DNA of 64,000 bases. It comes from the human T2T-CHM13v2.0 reference genome, Homo sapiens. The stretch's first letter is position 1, and every line of letters begins with the position of its first letter. The translations under genes were made by a program, and so were the position numbers. Location: NCBI RefSeq assembly GCF_009914755.1, contig NC_060930.1, one strand, 5' to 3'. Under the pieces are notes generated by a model that was not told the origin of the DNA, did not search any database, and saw nothing but the letters and a program-made list of their open reading frames with translations. This document shows positions 44,946-58,809 of this stretch, piece by piece.

Positions 44946-47246
44946 CATCATCACTATTATTATTAGACGGCTCAAATGTTGCCTCCTCCGGGAAGCCTTC
45001 CCTAGTCCCACAGCTGGAATTAATCTCTCCCTCAGCTGAGTTCCTACTGCATTCTTTCTGTCTTGTGTTACAGTTAGTGTCTACATGACTGACTGTCCTG
45101 TTGGAGTGTCACCTCTTGGAGGCCAGATCCGTGCCCCATTGATCTTTATGTTTCTCAGTCATTCATTTAGCAGTTACTGAGTGTCTTTGATAGCCAGGCA
45201 TTGTGCCGGGGGCAGGAGATATGATGGTGAGAAGATATGGCCCTTATCACTTGGCTCTGTGCCTAGGTTAGTGTTCACAGAGAGATTCTGGGCTTGTGGA
45301 GACACTGCCTTCCTGCCACCTGGTGTCTCCTTGCATCCCTGTGGAGTGGGCTGGGACGGTGGAGCCCAGGCTCAGCTGACAACCCCAAGGGCAGCTCCAC
45401 CTACAACGCGATCCCACCACACTGGGAGGGACACAAGCAAATAGACACATGTCTCCCTGCCAGCCCTGTGTCCTCCAGGTGGGAACTGGGATAGTCCTGG
45501 CAGGTTGGGGACCAGCTCTGTGCCCATACCAGGTGGAGACTCCCCACTCCTGGGTCAACCCCCAGCTCCTGTACTACTGCACCCCCAGAGACACTCACTC
45601 AGCTCCAACCTCAGGATTCAGGCCTCAAATCCAAGATGTGACCTGGAGAGATAACTGAACTAGACATTTACAAGCTCTAGAGTCAGACTCCCTGGGTGTG
45701 ACTGCCAGTTATTGGCCTCTTTGGGCCTCAGTTCCCCAGAGAGGAATTATGTGAGTTAATACCTGGATAGCTCTTAGCATTGGTATGGGTCATTTTCACT
45801 AGGCAGGGGCATAGGAGCCCCAGGTTGGTTATTGACCTACTCCTTACTCCCCGTGGTCAGGAGAGAGGGTAAGATACCTCTGAAATCTGCCTGCAGGGGC
45901 ACATGGTGTAAGACAGGAAGGAGGGACAGCTTTGTCTCCCAGACCCCCAGCTATGAGTGGGATCCTGATCACGTGGCTCAGGGAGGCCCTGGCTGCAGCG
46001 TCCTGGTGGGGCATGGACAGGAGGGGCCTCCCACCTACACCCCAGCAGGATCCATCACTGGGCCTCCCAAGGCAGTGGAGTGGGGAGGAGGTGCTGAAAG
46101 ACTGGGCTTGGGAAGCCTAGCACGGGACCCCGGCCTCCCCTCCCCCACCAGGCCAGGATGAAAGCTCCCTTCTCTAACCCCTTAAGACCCTGGTCTTGGT
46201 CCTCATTAAAAACTCTAATCCTCCAGCCCTCACTGCAGATGCAGAGGCCTCCACTCCCAGGTCTGGCTGGGAGGGGACAAGTGATAGTCTCTGTCCTTCT
46301 GCACAACCAGGCTGAGCCTAGGCTCCTAAAGCACTGGTCGGTGGGTGTCTAGGGACCACTGGGACCCCAGGACACAGCTTCTGGGAAATGGAGGAGGGTG
46401 AAGACAGGCTTCTGAGGGGAGGAGTCCTGGGAAAAGAGGGATAGGAGGAGGAGGTGGTGGCAATGTCCTGACCAAGTGGGAGAGTCCCTGGCAAGAGACA
46501 CTTCTCCCTTCCTTTCACCCTTGCCACCCCGGAAATCCCCTGCTGAGGGGTCCTCAGAGGGTAGTCCCAGGCACCCAGCTCAGGGCACCTCTGCTGGAAT
46601 GGAGCAATGAAGGCCCAGGATCCAGGCCAGGGGCCCTCGAGCCCTCAGTTTCCTCTGCTCTCCAATGGGGCAGATCACTTCCTCACTTGCTCCTGCCTCC
46701 CCTCCTGGGCCAGCATGAGGGCAGAGGGAAAGGCCAAAGAGAACACATTTTGGCAGGTAAGCATAGCAAGTGCAGGAGGAGGCAGGGGTCAGCGTTTGCT
46801 AAGCATTTGTAATTGGCTCCTGGTCCCTGTGGCCAAGTGCTGGCCTGCATTATTTCCACTGGTCCAGAGGTTCCCAGTGAAGTGTGGAGCAATCTCATTC
46901 CTTCCCTTTTACCTCCATTCCTCCCTGAGGCTGCCGAGAGCAGCTTCTCTAAGCCTTCCCCTTCTATGCTGCATAAAAAAGGGCTTTGTTGGGAGGCCCA
47001 AGGTTTTCCAGGCCCATCATTATCACCCCATATCTACCAGGCCTCCTGAGTTGGGGATGCTGGGCTGGGGGCTATTGGGAGCTCTGGGAAGGGAAAACAG
47101 ACAGCCTCCCAGGCTAACAGACAGCCTCCCAAGACAGAGCCTCTGTCCCCAGAAACCACGTTTGGAATCAGAGAAACACACACTCTATGTCGTCCAGTGT
47201 TGGCTGAAAGGGGCAGGTGGTCAGTTACCTAGACCTCATACATAAT

Positions 47247-47415
47247 CAACTGTATTTCATCAAAAGCAAGACGCACAATTAAATTACACACCACTAAGAA
47301 GGAAAACCGCTGCTAATTAAACTCTGACACAGTGCCTTTTTGTTATTGATCCCGGGGAACATCCTGAGTTCAGATGTTAAATGTGGAAAATGTGTGTCAG
47401 AGAATCAAAATAAAG
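47247..47415. mobile_element. Ancient TcMar/Tigger-type MITE remnant
   Basis: actgtatttcatc...aagacgcac...cagatgttaaatgtggaaaatgtgtgtcagagaatc resembles MamRep137/434-type termini. Confidence 0.45.
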
Positions 47416-49106
47416 TTAAAAACATTTCTATCAACATTTGTCTTGGACATAGTGTCCATAGTGTTCTGCATCTTGTAGTGTTTACTTAGAAGTGTTTACT
47501 GAGGTTTCTGAGATTAGGCATAAATGTATGATGTAAAAGATGATGTAAAGCCATCAGCACAGTACCTGGTATAAAGTAAACTGTCATTAAATGTTAACTA
47601 TTATTGCTGTTGCTATTATATGTACAAGGACTTTATATGTATATGAAAGTCCTTCAGCTCCCGAATCTTTCATTGTTCTAGAGGCTAAGGTCTGAGGACA
47701 CCAGTGGCTAGAGTCAGAGGTGCCAGGAAAGCTGAGGAGGCAGCCTGGAGGAGGGGCCATTCCATGTGTGAAGTCTGCAGTGTCTCTATAACCTTTGGAG
47801 GCATCAGAAGGGGCCTGAGCCCAAAGGCTGCCTTTGCCAGTTCCCCAGAAAAGTGAGGCCCCTGACTTATTACCCCTATGAGTCAGTCAATCAATCAATC
47901 ATCCAATCAATCCATTCATTAAGACACTTATTGAACACCTGCACCATGACAGTCTCTGTGCTAAGTCCCTCCTTCAGCAGCCCCCACCTGGCCCCTGCCT
48001 GTTAGGAGCATCCAGGCTCAGCTATTCGAACTGGCACATCAAAGGGGGATTGGCCCTGATCCCTCATCAGAGGCTTCTTTCCAGGGATCGGCCTGAAGAT
48101 GTGGCAGCTCCTCCGCTTCTCTCACCATCCCCAATCTCACCCGCAACAGGGGAAGGGATCTTCATTTCCCAGGCACTTCTAGGCCTTTGTAGAGCCTGCT
48201 CCCTCTGCCAGGACAGTCTTGGTTCTGTGCTGTGCAAAATTCCTCTCTTTCCCTTTCTTTCAAAACAGGTTTCAAGCCCCTTCTCCAGAAAACTTTCTTT
48301 GAAAACGTCTGTCCTCCACTCAGCTTTCCTGCCCTGTTTCTTAGTGCTCTCAGAATATAGTGTATACCCTGCAAATTGTTCCCTCCTGTGGTCTGGGCTT
48401 CTTTCCTGCCTACCTGTCCCGTCTCACGTGGCCAGCTACCAGTTGTAAAAGGACTGGTGATCTGGCACTAGGATACTGATGCCTCACCTTTAATTCATAG
48501 CATTTTACCTCCCAAATTTGTATGGTGTGCTACTGGGGAGCTAGGCACTGTGATAGGCGGTGGGGTGGCCCTGCCCTCAGAACCCTCTCAGCCTGCTGGG
48601 CTATAATGTCCCCCTGCCCCCACCACACCACATCCCTCTTGCCTTGAATCCCAGCTTCATCCAGTGGAGACCTGTGGTGTGCCTGTCCTTCATCAGACTG
48701 GGGTGTCCCCCTGAAGAGGGAACACTGTGTGGTGAGCTCTTGCAGGGGGCCCTTTGCTCCCCTCCAGCTGCAGAGCACCGGCTAACCTTGTCCTCACTCC
48801 CCCTGCTACCCAAGCAGGCCCACGGTTGTTTATGGTTCAAATGCAGACCCCAGGGGCTGAGGCCTCTCCAACACCCAGAACTGAGCTGTCCCGTCCTCAG
48901 CTTTCCAAGAACAGGCTCTGTCGAGCACACATGGTTGTGAAACGATCCTGCTGGGCTCTCTGAGAGATGAGGCCATTTATGGGCTGAGTGGGCTGCCGTG
49001 GGCTGCCAAGGGTCAGGCTGGGGACCTGTGTGCGTTGAGACTCTGGTCAGTCTCCTCTCTGCACACAGCCTCCAGGAGCAAGGGCTAGACACAGACGGGC
49101 ATTCTT

Positions 49107-49185
49107 CCCAAGTTTAATTTTGAATATGCTTAAATTATTTTAAAAGCAGTCTTGCCATATCAGGAACCCCAAATTAAACTCACAC
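49107..49185. repeat. 79-bp AT-rich element, copy 1 of 2
   Basis: 72/79 identical, ungapped, to 50834-50912. Confidence 0.9.
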
Positions 49186-49280
49186 GTATGTTCCTGCGGG
49201 ATGGGGAGCTAAGGCCTTCCCACTGGGGCTTCTCCAGAGCAGAAGACACAGAGAGGAAAATAGGCTTTCCAAGTTGGAGG

Positions 49281-49335
49281 GCAGGACAGGTTGCATAATT
49301 TGTGGGCCCAGTGAAAAAAGAAATATGAGTCCCAC
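49281..49335 (+). mobile_element. MER45-like hAT-Tip100 fragment
   Basis: cataatttgtgggcccagtgaaaaaagaaat. Confidence 0.5.
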
Positions 49336-50833
49336 ATTGTGCTGAGGAGAGATCTGTGGCCTGAGAGGGGAAGGGCCCTGGCCTCTGCTACCCTGGGAGG
49401 CAACATCACAGCCAGGAATGGGGCCTGCCGCTCTTACTCCTTAACCAGTGCTCACCCCAGGCCCAGCTGTGCCAGGAAGGCCTTGTTTCCATCCTGGGCC
49501 TTCGCTTGCCTTCCCCCTGCTTATTCCTGGGCCTCCAAAAAGCTTCTCTGTCCCCCAAGCTCTCCTCTTCCAGGAGGTCTTCCTTTCCTGTTTGGACAGT
49601 TTTACCTGCTGGCTAGTCCCATGCTTCTTCCCCTTTCCAGGCTCTCTCATAGCTTTGCCCTTGACCTTCTGAGCCTTTGTTTACTTTTTATGTGAGTGAC
49701 AGAGAGCAGCCTCCTTCCTCCCTTGGCCATAGTTCTTTGGGGGTCTCCTTCATCATACTAGGAGCTCTCTGAGGATAGGGCAAGCTCTCCTTTCAGACTG
49801 GGGGTCCCTGGGGTTGGAAGTCTTTCTTGGGACTCCCCCTAGGCTTCCCTTGGCAGACCCAACATTGCACTAGAGGGGTGACTGTGCCTGGTGTGGTGCC
49901 CAGTTGGCTGTGTGTGTGCACACGTGTGTGTGTGCATGTGTGTATTGTGTGGGGAGGGTTTGCTTTTGGTTTTCCATCACCTTCCCTGTCCTTTCCTGAT
50001 CAGATCCTCTGAGTGAGGCTGGTTAGGGAGATGGAGCTTGGAATGAGGGAGGAAGATGGGGTGGTATGGCACCCCAGCCCTACGTCCGGCCAGGGCTCCA
50101 ATGGAGTGTGGGCAGCGTGACCTTCTTCCTGGGCCTCCCGCTGGGGTGTGAGGGAGGAAGGCCGGTCTTGAGCTGGGGTCAGGGTGGAGAGGGGCAGCCT
50201 TTCAGCTGAGGTCCGTCACTCAGAGGCAGGGTCCGTGGCATTTGGCCGGCAGGGGAGAAGGGAGGGAATGTGAGGAATAGGCTGACTCAGCAGTTGCCCC
50301 CTCCCAGCTCTGGGGACAGGCGCTGGGGGAGGACTGATTGCTGAGAACATGCAGATGGTGGTGGCAGTTCCTCTGGGTTGTGTTTTGAGGGGAGGGCTGG
50401 GGAGAGATAGGAGTCAGAAACACCAGAGTCCCCCAGAAATACTGGGGAGGCATGAAAGGGAGCTGGAGGAGGGGAACCCAGGAGAGGGTACCTTTTGACA
50501 TTGCCATAGCTGTGAATATCAGTGACATGCAAAGGAATGCCCCAAACACGAAGAAGGCCGCTCCTTTGTGGGGATGAGCTGGGGACAGTATGAGGAGAGG
50601 GCTTGGCTAGGGGGCAATGGGACCTGTGAGGGAGTAGAGGGTGTTAAGAGTGAGCCAACAGCCGCCCAGCCCGGCCCAGCCGAAGGGGAGGTAGACGGCA
50701 GGCCTGCTTTTGCCGAATCTAGAGCTCCTCTCTGCAACTTGATCATAAGCTTCATTAAGGCAGAGGCCGTCTCATAACATCTCTTAATTATCTGACAACC
50801 CCTCCACAGGGCTGGGCACATATAAGCATTGTG

Positions 50834-50912
50834 CCCAAGTTTAATTTTGAGTATACTTAAATTATTTTTCAAGCAGTCTTGCAATATCAGGAACCCCACA
50901 TTAAACTCATAC
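50834..50912. repeat. 79-bp AT-rich element, copy 2 of 2
   Basis: 72/79 identical, ungapped, to 49107-49185. Confidence 0.9.
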
Positions 50913-51696
50913 CCATAATCCCAGCTATTTACTTTTCTCCTTGTACCTTCCAAAATCTTTATAGGCATGCTTACGTAAGGGTGACTTAGGTAAACGCGGC
51001 CTGAGTCAGGCTTTTCCACCAGCTTTGCCGGGTGCACTGGTTGACGGGGTGTAAGTGTGTGTATCGGGCTCCTTTGCTCTGAAGTAACCCTTGTTTGCAG
51101 GCAAGGAGAGCTGGGGGCACCCTCACTACCCAGTCTCCATGCTCTTCCCTCTGTTTACATTGCTGCCAAGCGGGCACCTGCTTCATTTATATTCTCACTT
51201 GAAACAACTCTGACTTATGCAAAAATGGACTTACTTAAGATTTACCAGAACAGAATACTAGCTTGATTTGGGGACTGTGTGTGTGTGGCAATGGCTGGTT
51301 GATTTCAGGTAGTGATTCCCAAACATTTTGAGCTGGAAAACCCTATTTTAACACTAAAAAACAAAAACAAAAACAAAACCTTCAGAGAACTCCAAAAGAC
51401 AGTGATTGTATAACAGATATTCATCATCTGAGAAAAATCCATGAAGACAACAAACTGTGGTGAAGTTAGAAATAATTTGAAATTATCACATATTATTGAT
51501 CTCCATAGTATCTACATAAGTTTGAAAGAAAAATAGCAAATGCATTCAGGAATATTATTCACTTGACTATGTGAGCAAAGATGTTCATGACAGCATTATA
51601 ATTTAAAGTCAAATAACTAGGGTCTGTTGGGAGATATTGTCCCCTACTTGGGTACGTGACTCCACCATGTAAATGCAGCACTGTACTGTATGGAAC

Positions 51697-51752
51697 TGTG
51701 TATATGTGTGTATATGTGTGTGTGTATGTGTGTGTGCGTGTGTGTGTGTGTG
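51697..51752. repeat. (TG/TA)n microsatellite
   Basis: Direct reading. Confidence 0.85.
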
Positions 51753-52925
51753 GAGGAGGGCACATGTGAAGAATGGGAAGGGAATGTATTAGAACACAGT
51801 GTTTTGCTTGTGAAAATTCAGTGGTCTCTGGGGGAGGAGGGGGAGGTAAGTGACAGGAAGGAGCTGTGCTGATGGCTGAAATCTGTGGGTGCTGAGAAGT
51901 CCTTTCTGAGAGCAAAGTTAGTGTCTGGCTTTGAGTTCTGGGGTGGGGAGAGGAGGCTGAAGAGGCAGGCAAGAGCCAGACCACACAGGTTCCGGTGGAC
52001 CATGTGAGGCAGAGAATCCTTATCCTTAGAGAGGAGATGTCGTCTCTGGATGTGGTGTGAGACAGCCGGGAAGTTCCTCCCTACACGAAGATCCTTCTTG
52101 CTGTGTGTTTTTCCCCATCCCCTCTTCATTTCTCTGCATTTTACATCACTGCTCGCTGGGCCCAGGGCAGCTCAGTGTAAATCTTCAATCTGCAGTTCCA
52201 GGAACCCTGTTTCCCAACCCCCAAAATCTGGGCCTGAGGTCTGACAAGTCCCAGAAGAGCTGCGGGGATTATGAGGCAGGATGTGTAAAATCAGGGGCGT
52301 CCAGGAACGTGGAGCTTGACGGTAGCAGGAGGAGTGGAGAAGCTGGCCTGGGACTGACTCCCATTCCCCTAATTTGGCATCCTGCCCCCTCCCTTGGGGG
52401 GCTGGGAGCGGTCAGCTCCAGGCTTCCCCACGTCTCCACGGCTCCGCTGCCCGTGCTCTTCTGAGAGCAACGTGCTGAGGGAGCACTTGTGAGCCATGAG
52501 GGCAGGAGTTGGGGCAGGGGTCAGGGTGCTTTTTAATTTCTCGTTAGCAATGACAGCTGTAGAACTCAAGCAATTAAGGAGGACGACTCCCCCAGGATGC
52601 CAGAGGGCCAGCCCCCCGCCAAGCTGTGCACAGCTTCCTCCCTTCCTCCTTTTCCATGTCCCCCCTCACCCCCATCACAGGCTTCCCCTCCCTGGGCCCA
52701 GGAAGCTGTGAGCCACTGTTCAGGGGAGGAAAGGGGTGCAAAAGTTCCCCTTCCAACACTTTAGCAGGGAGAACAGAACAAAAGGAAGATGGAGGGGCTC
52801 CTGAGTCTGGAAGCTGCTTCTTCCTCCCTATGGTCCACGCCTGGGGGTGGGCCCGTCCTGTGGAAAGGGGTCCACTCTCTTCAGAGTTGGTATTGAGGAT
52901 GGGGACATAAAAATGACCAAAGGTT

Positions 52926-53094
52926 GGCTGGGTGTGGTGGCTCACGTCTGTAATCCCAGCACTTTTAGAGGCCAAGGTGGGAGAATCATTTGAGCCCAGG
53001 AGTTTGAGACCAGCCTGGGCAACCATGGGCCATGGTTTGAGACCATGGGCAACATGGTGAGACTCGGTCTCAAAAAAAAAAAAAAAAAAAAAAA
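52926..53094 (+). mobile_element. FLAM-type Alu monomer with internal duplication
   Basis: Left arm with an A tail; TSD gaccaaagg; gtttgagacca...tgggcaac repeated. Confidence 0.88.
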
Positions 53095-54599
53095 GACCAA
53101 AGGCATAGCAATTTTTCCTGTGCTTCTAAACTGTTCTTTTTTTCTAAGATCTATAGGGCATTCAACTTCTCTTGAATTTCTTCTTCATCATTTGGCTGGA
53201 GCTTTTCAGCAGCCTACTCCAGATCCTGCCTACCGCGTGGACTTGTTCCGTCCCCACCTGTCGGGGGAGGGTACATGTGTTCAATGCTATGCTTTTATTA
53301 ACATCAGTCTTGCTGCATGGGCGGGGACATGTTTTTGGGTGCAGGAGCAAAGCTTTATATCCCTGTCCAAACATCTCACTCCACCCAGCAGCTGATACGT
53401 GAAACCCTACCATTAATATTTGCCTCCTTTACGGTCATCTCCTTGTGAAATTGCAAACACTCTTGGGAAGGAAACCTCTTCGGCATGAACAAAAGATCTG
53501 ACAGCTGACATTGATATGGAGTAACAGGGGTGGGAGGCTTGCTGGCCAAGATTCCCAGGGATGGGGAGGAGTTGGGGGCAGAGGGTTAAAGAGAAGAGTG
53601 GACACACTTCATAGTTTTCCCCTACTGCTGGTTAAGTCTTTAAAGCCTGGAAGACTAACAGACCAGCTGTCTTCTCTGACCTAAAAGAAAAGACATCCTT
53701 CTCATGTTCATGGTCATGACCATTGCCATCAACAGCCTCATATGGATGTTGAACACCAGTGATGCCTCAAAGACATTAAACACCTGGCCCTTGCTCTCAA
53801 GATGCTCACAGCTCACTATGGGGCACCCCGCTCACTTGAGTGTGCAATGATGAGCCTATGAAAGTTTTAGAGGAAGGGCTTACATGTACCAAGTGTTATC
53901 TAAGGGAGATTAGCCAGGTGGTGGTGACCAAGGTGGATTGAGCACAGGGCAGAAGAGATGGTGAAGCTTGCTGGGAGCCCTTTGCCATCACGCAGGTGAG
54001 AGCTGAGAGGCCTCAGATAGGCTGATGGCAGTGGGAACACAGATGCTAGGACTCATAGAAAGGCATTTTGGAAAATCAATCTCCAGGACTCTGACTATGG
54101 AGAGGGTAACAGAAGGAGGAATTGAGCATCAGCCCAAGGTTCAGAACTTGGGTCCCCCAAAGATGGTGGCAACAGAAAGGGAAGTCTGTTGGAACCATGT
54201 TTGAATGGAAGGTGAGTTCTGGTGCAACATGCTGCATTTAAAGAGAGGTCGTCCTACCCCATGCCCCACCACAAACAAGGCAGGACTGAAGGCAAGCTGT
54301 GCATACACAGAATGCAATTTTTCTGAAAGAACTTCTACAAATATCAGCAGTCCTTCAAAGTGGTCAGTACAAGAGGCCAGGCAAGTTTTCCAAAGAGCTC
54401 GCCTTTGTTCAACACATTTTTTACTTATTTATGGGATATTTCTTGTGTGTCCACTAGGTGCCTGGCGCAGTCTAGTGCAGGAGACATGTAGACTGTTGGT
54501 TTCTGCCTTTAGGGAGCTTACTCTCTAATTAGGGTGATATTAAAGTCAAACTCATAAGAAAGGGTCTGTGTATCTATGACTTCCCATCATATAGAACAT

Positions 54600-55188
54600 A
54601 ATAGCTTTTTTATTGCTGTGCAACAAATGACCACAAACTTAGCACCTCCAAATAACACCTATTGATTAGCCTACAGTTCTGTAGGTCAGAAGTCAGGGAC
54701 AGTGTGAGTGGGCTTCTCGCTCAGGGTGTCACAAGGCTGAAATCAAAATGTCAGCTGAACTGAGTTCTTTTTGTTTTTGTTGTCGTTGAGACAAGGTTTC
54801 ACTCTGTTGCCCAGGATAGAGTGCAGTGGTGTGATCATGGCTTGCTGCAGCCTTGAACTCCTGGGCTCAAGTGATCCTCTTACCTCATCCTCCTGAGCAG
54901 CTAGGACCACAGATGTGCACCACCACACCTGGCTAATTTTCAAAATTTTTGTAGAGAGGGGGTCCCACTATGTTGCCCAGGCTGGTCTTGAACTCCTGAG
55001 CTCATGTGATTCAGGCATGAGCCACCAGGCCTGGCCATGGATAATCTCATTTTTAGAGTCACCTATGCCATGGAACAACCTAACTGCGGGGGTGAAACCT
55101 ATCATATTCACAGTCCTGGGATTATGTATAGGGGCAAACCAAGGAGCAGGGGATTTTGGTGGGTCATCTTAGAATTCTCCCTACCACA
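54600..55188 (-). mobile_element. MLT1E-like LTR (two ends) split by an AluJ
   Basis: attgctgtgcaacaaatgaccacaaacttagc...acagttctgtaggtcagaagtc; atcatattcacagtcc...ggtcatcttagaattctccctaccaca. Confidence 0.75.
54768..55036 (-). mobile_element. AluJ with ~30-bp internal deletion
   Basis: Antisense dimer; gtgatt joins directly to caggcatgagcc. Confidence 0.9.
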
Positions 55189-55565
55189 CTTAGAATTAAA
55201 TATGAAGTTTTTACAGTGGCCTATAAGGCTTTACATGTTTTGGCCCCTAGCTACCTCTCTCCTTTGCCGTTTAGACATTCTTACTTTTCCTCAAAAAGAC
55301 AAGCATGTTCTGGTTTCAGGGAATTTGCCCTTGCTTCTGTCTCAGCCTGGAATGCCCTTTCCCTAGATATTTCCAGGCGTTCCCCCTCATTTCCTTCAGA
55401 TCTCTACTCAGAATGAGCCCTTTGTTGACCTCATCTAAAATAGAAACAGCCCCTTCCCCCAAAACCTGCTCAGTCTCTATCCCCTCACCTTGCTTTATTT
55501 GTCTGCATAGCATTTATCAACACTATTTTTAAAAAATAAATTTATTTATTAAATTACATAGTCAG

Positions 55566-56211
<646 letters not shown>

Positions 56212-56565
56212 TAATTAATTTGAACTTATGATATATTTATCTGTTTGTTGTGCATCTCCAATTAGAATATAAGGTCAGTGAGGGCATGACCTTTGTTTTA
56301 TTCACTATCTCTGGTGCCTAGAATAGTGCCTAGCACATAGTAGGTGCTCGATAAATATTTGATGAATAAATGATTGGATGTGTTTTCAGACTGAGAAATT
56401 TTGAAATGAAAAGTTTATTTTAGAGCACAAATCAGATGAAAAATTATTTCTGTACTTTTTGTTTTATAGTTTAACATTTTTAATGAATTTAAAAACCTTT
56501 GACTAGAGCAAGTTAAACACAAAGTAAGGAGAAGACATTAGATAATAAAGATCAGAGAAAAATGT

Positions 56566-56860
56566 AGCTAGGTGCGGCGGCTCACGCCTGTAATCCCAGC
56601 ACCTGGGGAGGCCGAGGCAGGTGGATCACTTGAGGTCAGGAATTCGAGATCAGCCTGGCCAACATGGCAAAACCCTAACTCTACTAAAAAATACAAAAAT
56701 TAACTCAGCGTGGTGGCAAGTGCCTGTAATCCCACCTACTCGGGAGGCTGAGGCATGAGAATTGCTTGAACCTGGGAGGTGGAGGTTGTGGTGAGCCGAG
56801 ATTGCACCACTGCGCTCTAGCCTGGGTGATAGAGCGAGACTCTGTCTAAAAAAAGAAAAA
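56566..56860 (+). mobile_element. AluS
   Basis: Dimer; TSD atcagagaaWaatg. Confidence 0.94.
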
Positions 56861-57150
56861 TATCAGAGAATAATGAAGTTGAAAATAGAAGAACATTGAG
56901 ACAATCAATAAAACCAAAAGCTGTTATTTCAAGAAAATCAATAATATTGATAAACCTCTAGCCAGATTGATCGGGAAAAAAAGAGAAGACACAAATTACC
57001 AGTATCAGGAATGAAAGCTGTGATTGACTACAGACTGTATAGATAGTAAAAAGATAAGAAGGTAATATTATGAAAAATTTTACTCCAATAAATTCCATAA
57101 CTTAGATGAAATGAACTAATTCTGTCAAAGACACATACTATGGTAGCTTA

Positions 57151-57465
<315 letters not shown>

Positions 57466-57781
57466 TTATATGTAATTTTTTAAAGACTGAATTTGCAGTT
57501 GAAAGCCTCTCCACAAAGAAAATCCAGGCCCAGATGGCTTTACTGATGTATACTACCAAACATTTAAGGAAGAAATAATAATAATTCTATACAAACTTTT
57601 CTAGAATATTCAGGAGGCAGAAATACCTCCCAACTCATCAGATAAGGCTAAAACCAAACAAAGATACTACAAGAACAGAAAACTACTGGCCAATATCTCT
57701 CATGAGTATAGATGAAAAATTTCTACACCAAATTCATGTAAATATAATTGAACTCTATCACCTATACACATACTATATATA

Positions 57782-58030
57782 CATATTCATGCACTGCATA
57801 ATGATTTTTTGGTCAATGATGGACCTTATGTATGATGATGATTCTATAAGATTATAATACTGTATTTTTACTGCAACTTTTCAATGTTTAGATACATGAA
57901 TACTTACCATTGTGTTACTATTGCTTACAGTATTTAGTAGAGTAACATGCTATACAGGTTTGTAGCTTAGAAGTAATAGGCTATACTACATAGCCTAGGT
58001 ATGTAGTATGCTGTATCATCTATATGTGTA
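57782..58030 (+). mobile_element. Tigger3a (MER7A) DNA transposon fragment
   Basis: ataagattataatactgtatttttactg...atacttaccattgtgttac...acaggtttgtagc...aataggctatac...atagcctagg. Confidence 0.85.
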
Positions 58031-58346
58031 TTAGTATATATATATGTACTAGTGTATATACATGTACACTAATAACATCATGACCAAGTAGAGCTTATCC
58101 TAGGAATTCAAGGTTAGTTTAGCATTCAACAATTCAATGTAATTCATTATATTAACAAATTAAAAAGAAAAACCCATACAATCATCTCAATAGATGTAGA
58201 AAATACATTTGACAAAACACAACATGCATTTCTGATTTTTAAAACTTAAGCAAACTAAGAATATAAAGGAACTTCCACAACCTGATAATAAGCCTCTACC
58301 AAAAAAAAAAAAAAAACTATAATGGTGAAAAGATAGAATATTTTCT

Positions 58347-58492
58347 CCTGAATGTGCTTGATCTCATCTGATCTGATCTTGTAAAGCTAAGCAGGGTGGG
58401 CCTAGTTAGTGCTTGGATGGGAGACCACCTTGGAATACTGGGTGCTGTAGGCTTTTGGCCTTTGGCTCCCTTCCTAAAAAAAAAAAAAAAAA
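58347..58492 (+). pseudogene. 5S rRNA retropseudogene (5'-truncated, ~20-nt 3' extension, poly(A))
   Basis: cctgaatgtgcttgatctcatctgatc...aagctaagcagggtgggcctagttagtgcttggatgggagaccaccttggaatactgggtgctgtaggcttt aligns to mammalian 5S from about nt 18 to the 3' end. Box A (agctaagcaggg) and box C (ttggatgggaga) are recognisable, CpGs are decayed, there is a 5-nt internal duplication, and A17 lies at 58476-58492. Confidence 0.92.
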
Positions 58493-58809
58493 GAATAGAA
58501 CAAGGATGTCCACTCTTATTGCTTTTATTCAACATTGTACCAGAGGCTCTAACCACTGTAATGTAATAAGGCAAGAAAAATACAAGGCATTCAGATAGGA
58601 CACGAAGAAGTAAAATTTTCATTATTTGCAGATGACATGATCAACCCTATAGAAGGTCTGATGGAATCTACAAGGAAGCTACTAGAACTAATAAATGAAT
58701 TTAGTATGGTAGTGAGACACAAAAGTGGTATACAAAAATCAATTATATTCCTAAATATGAGCAATGAACCATTGGAACTTGAAATTTAAAAATAATACTT
58801 AAAAATATT

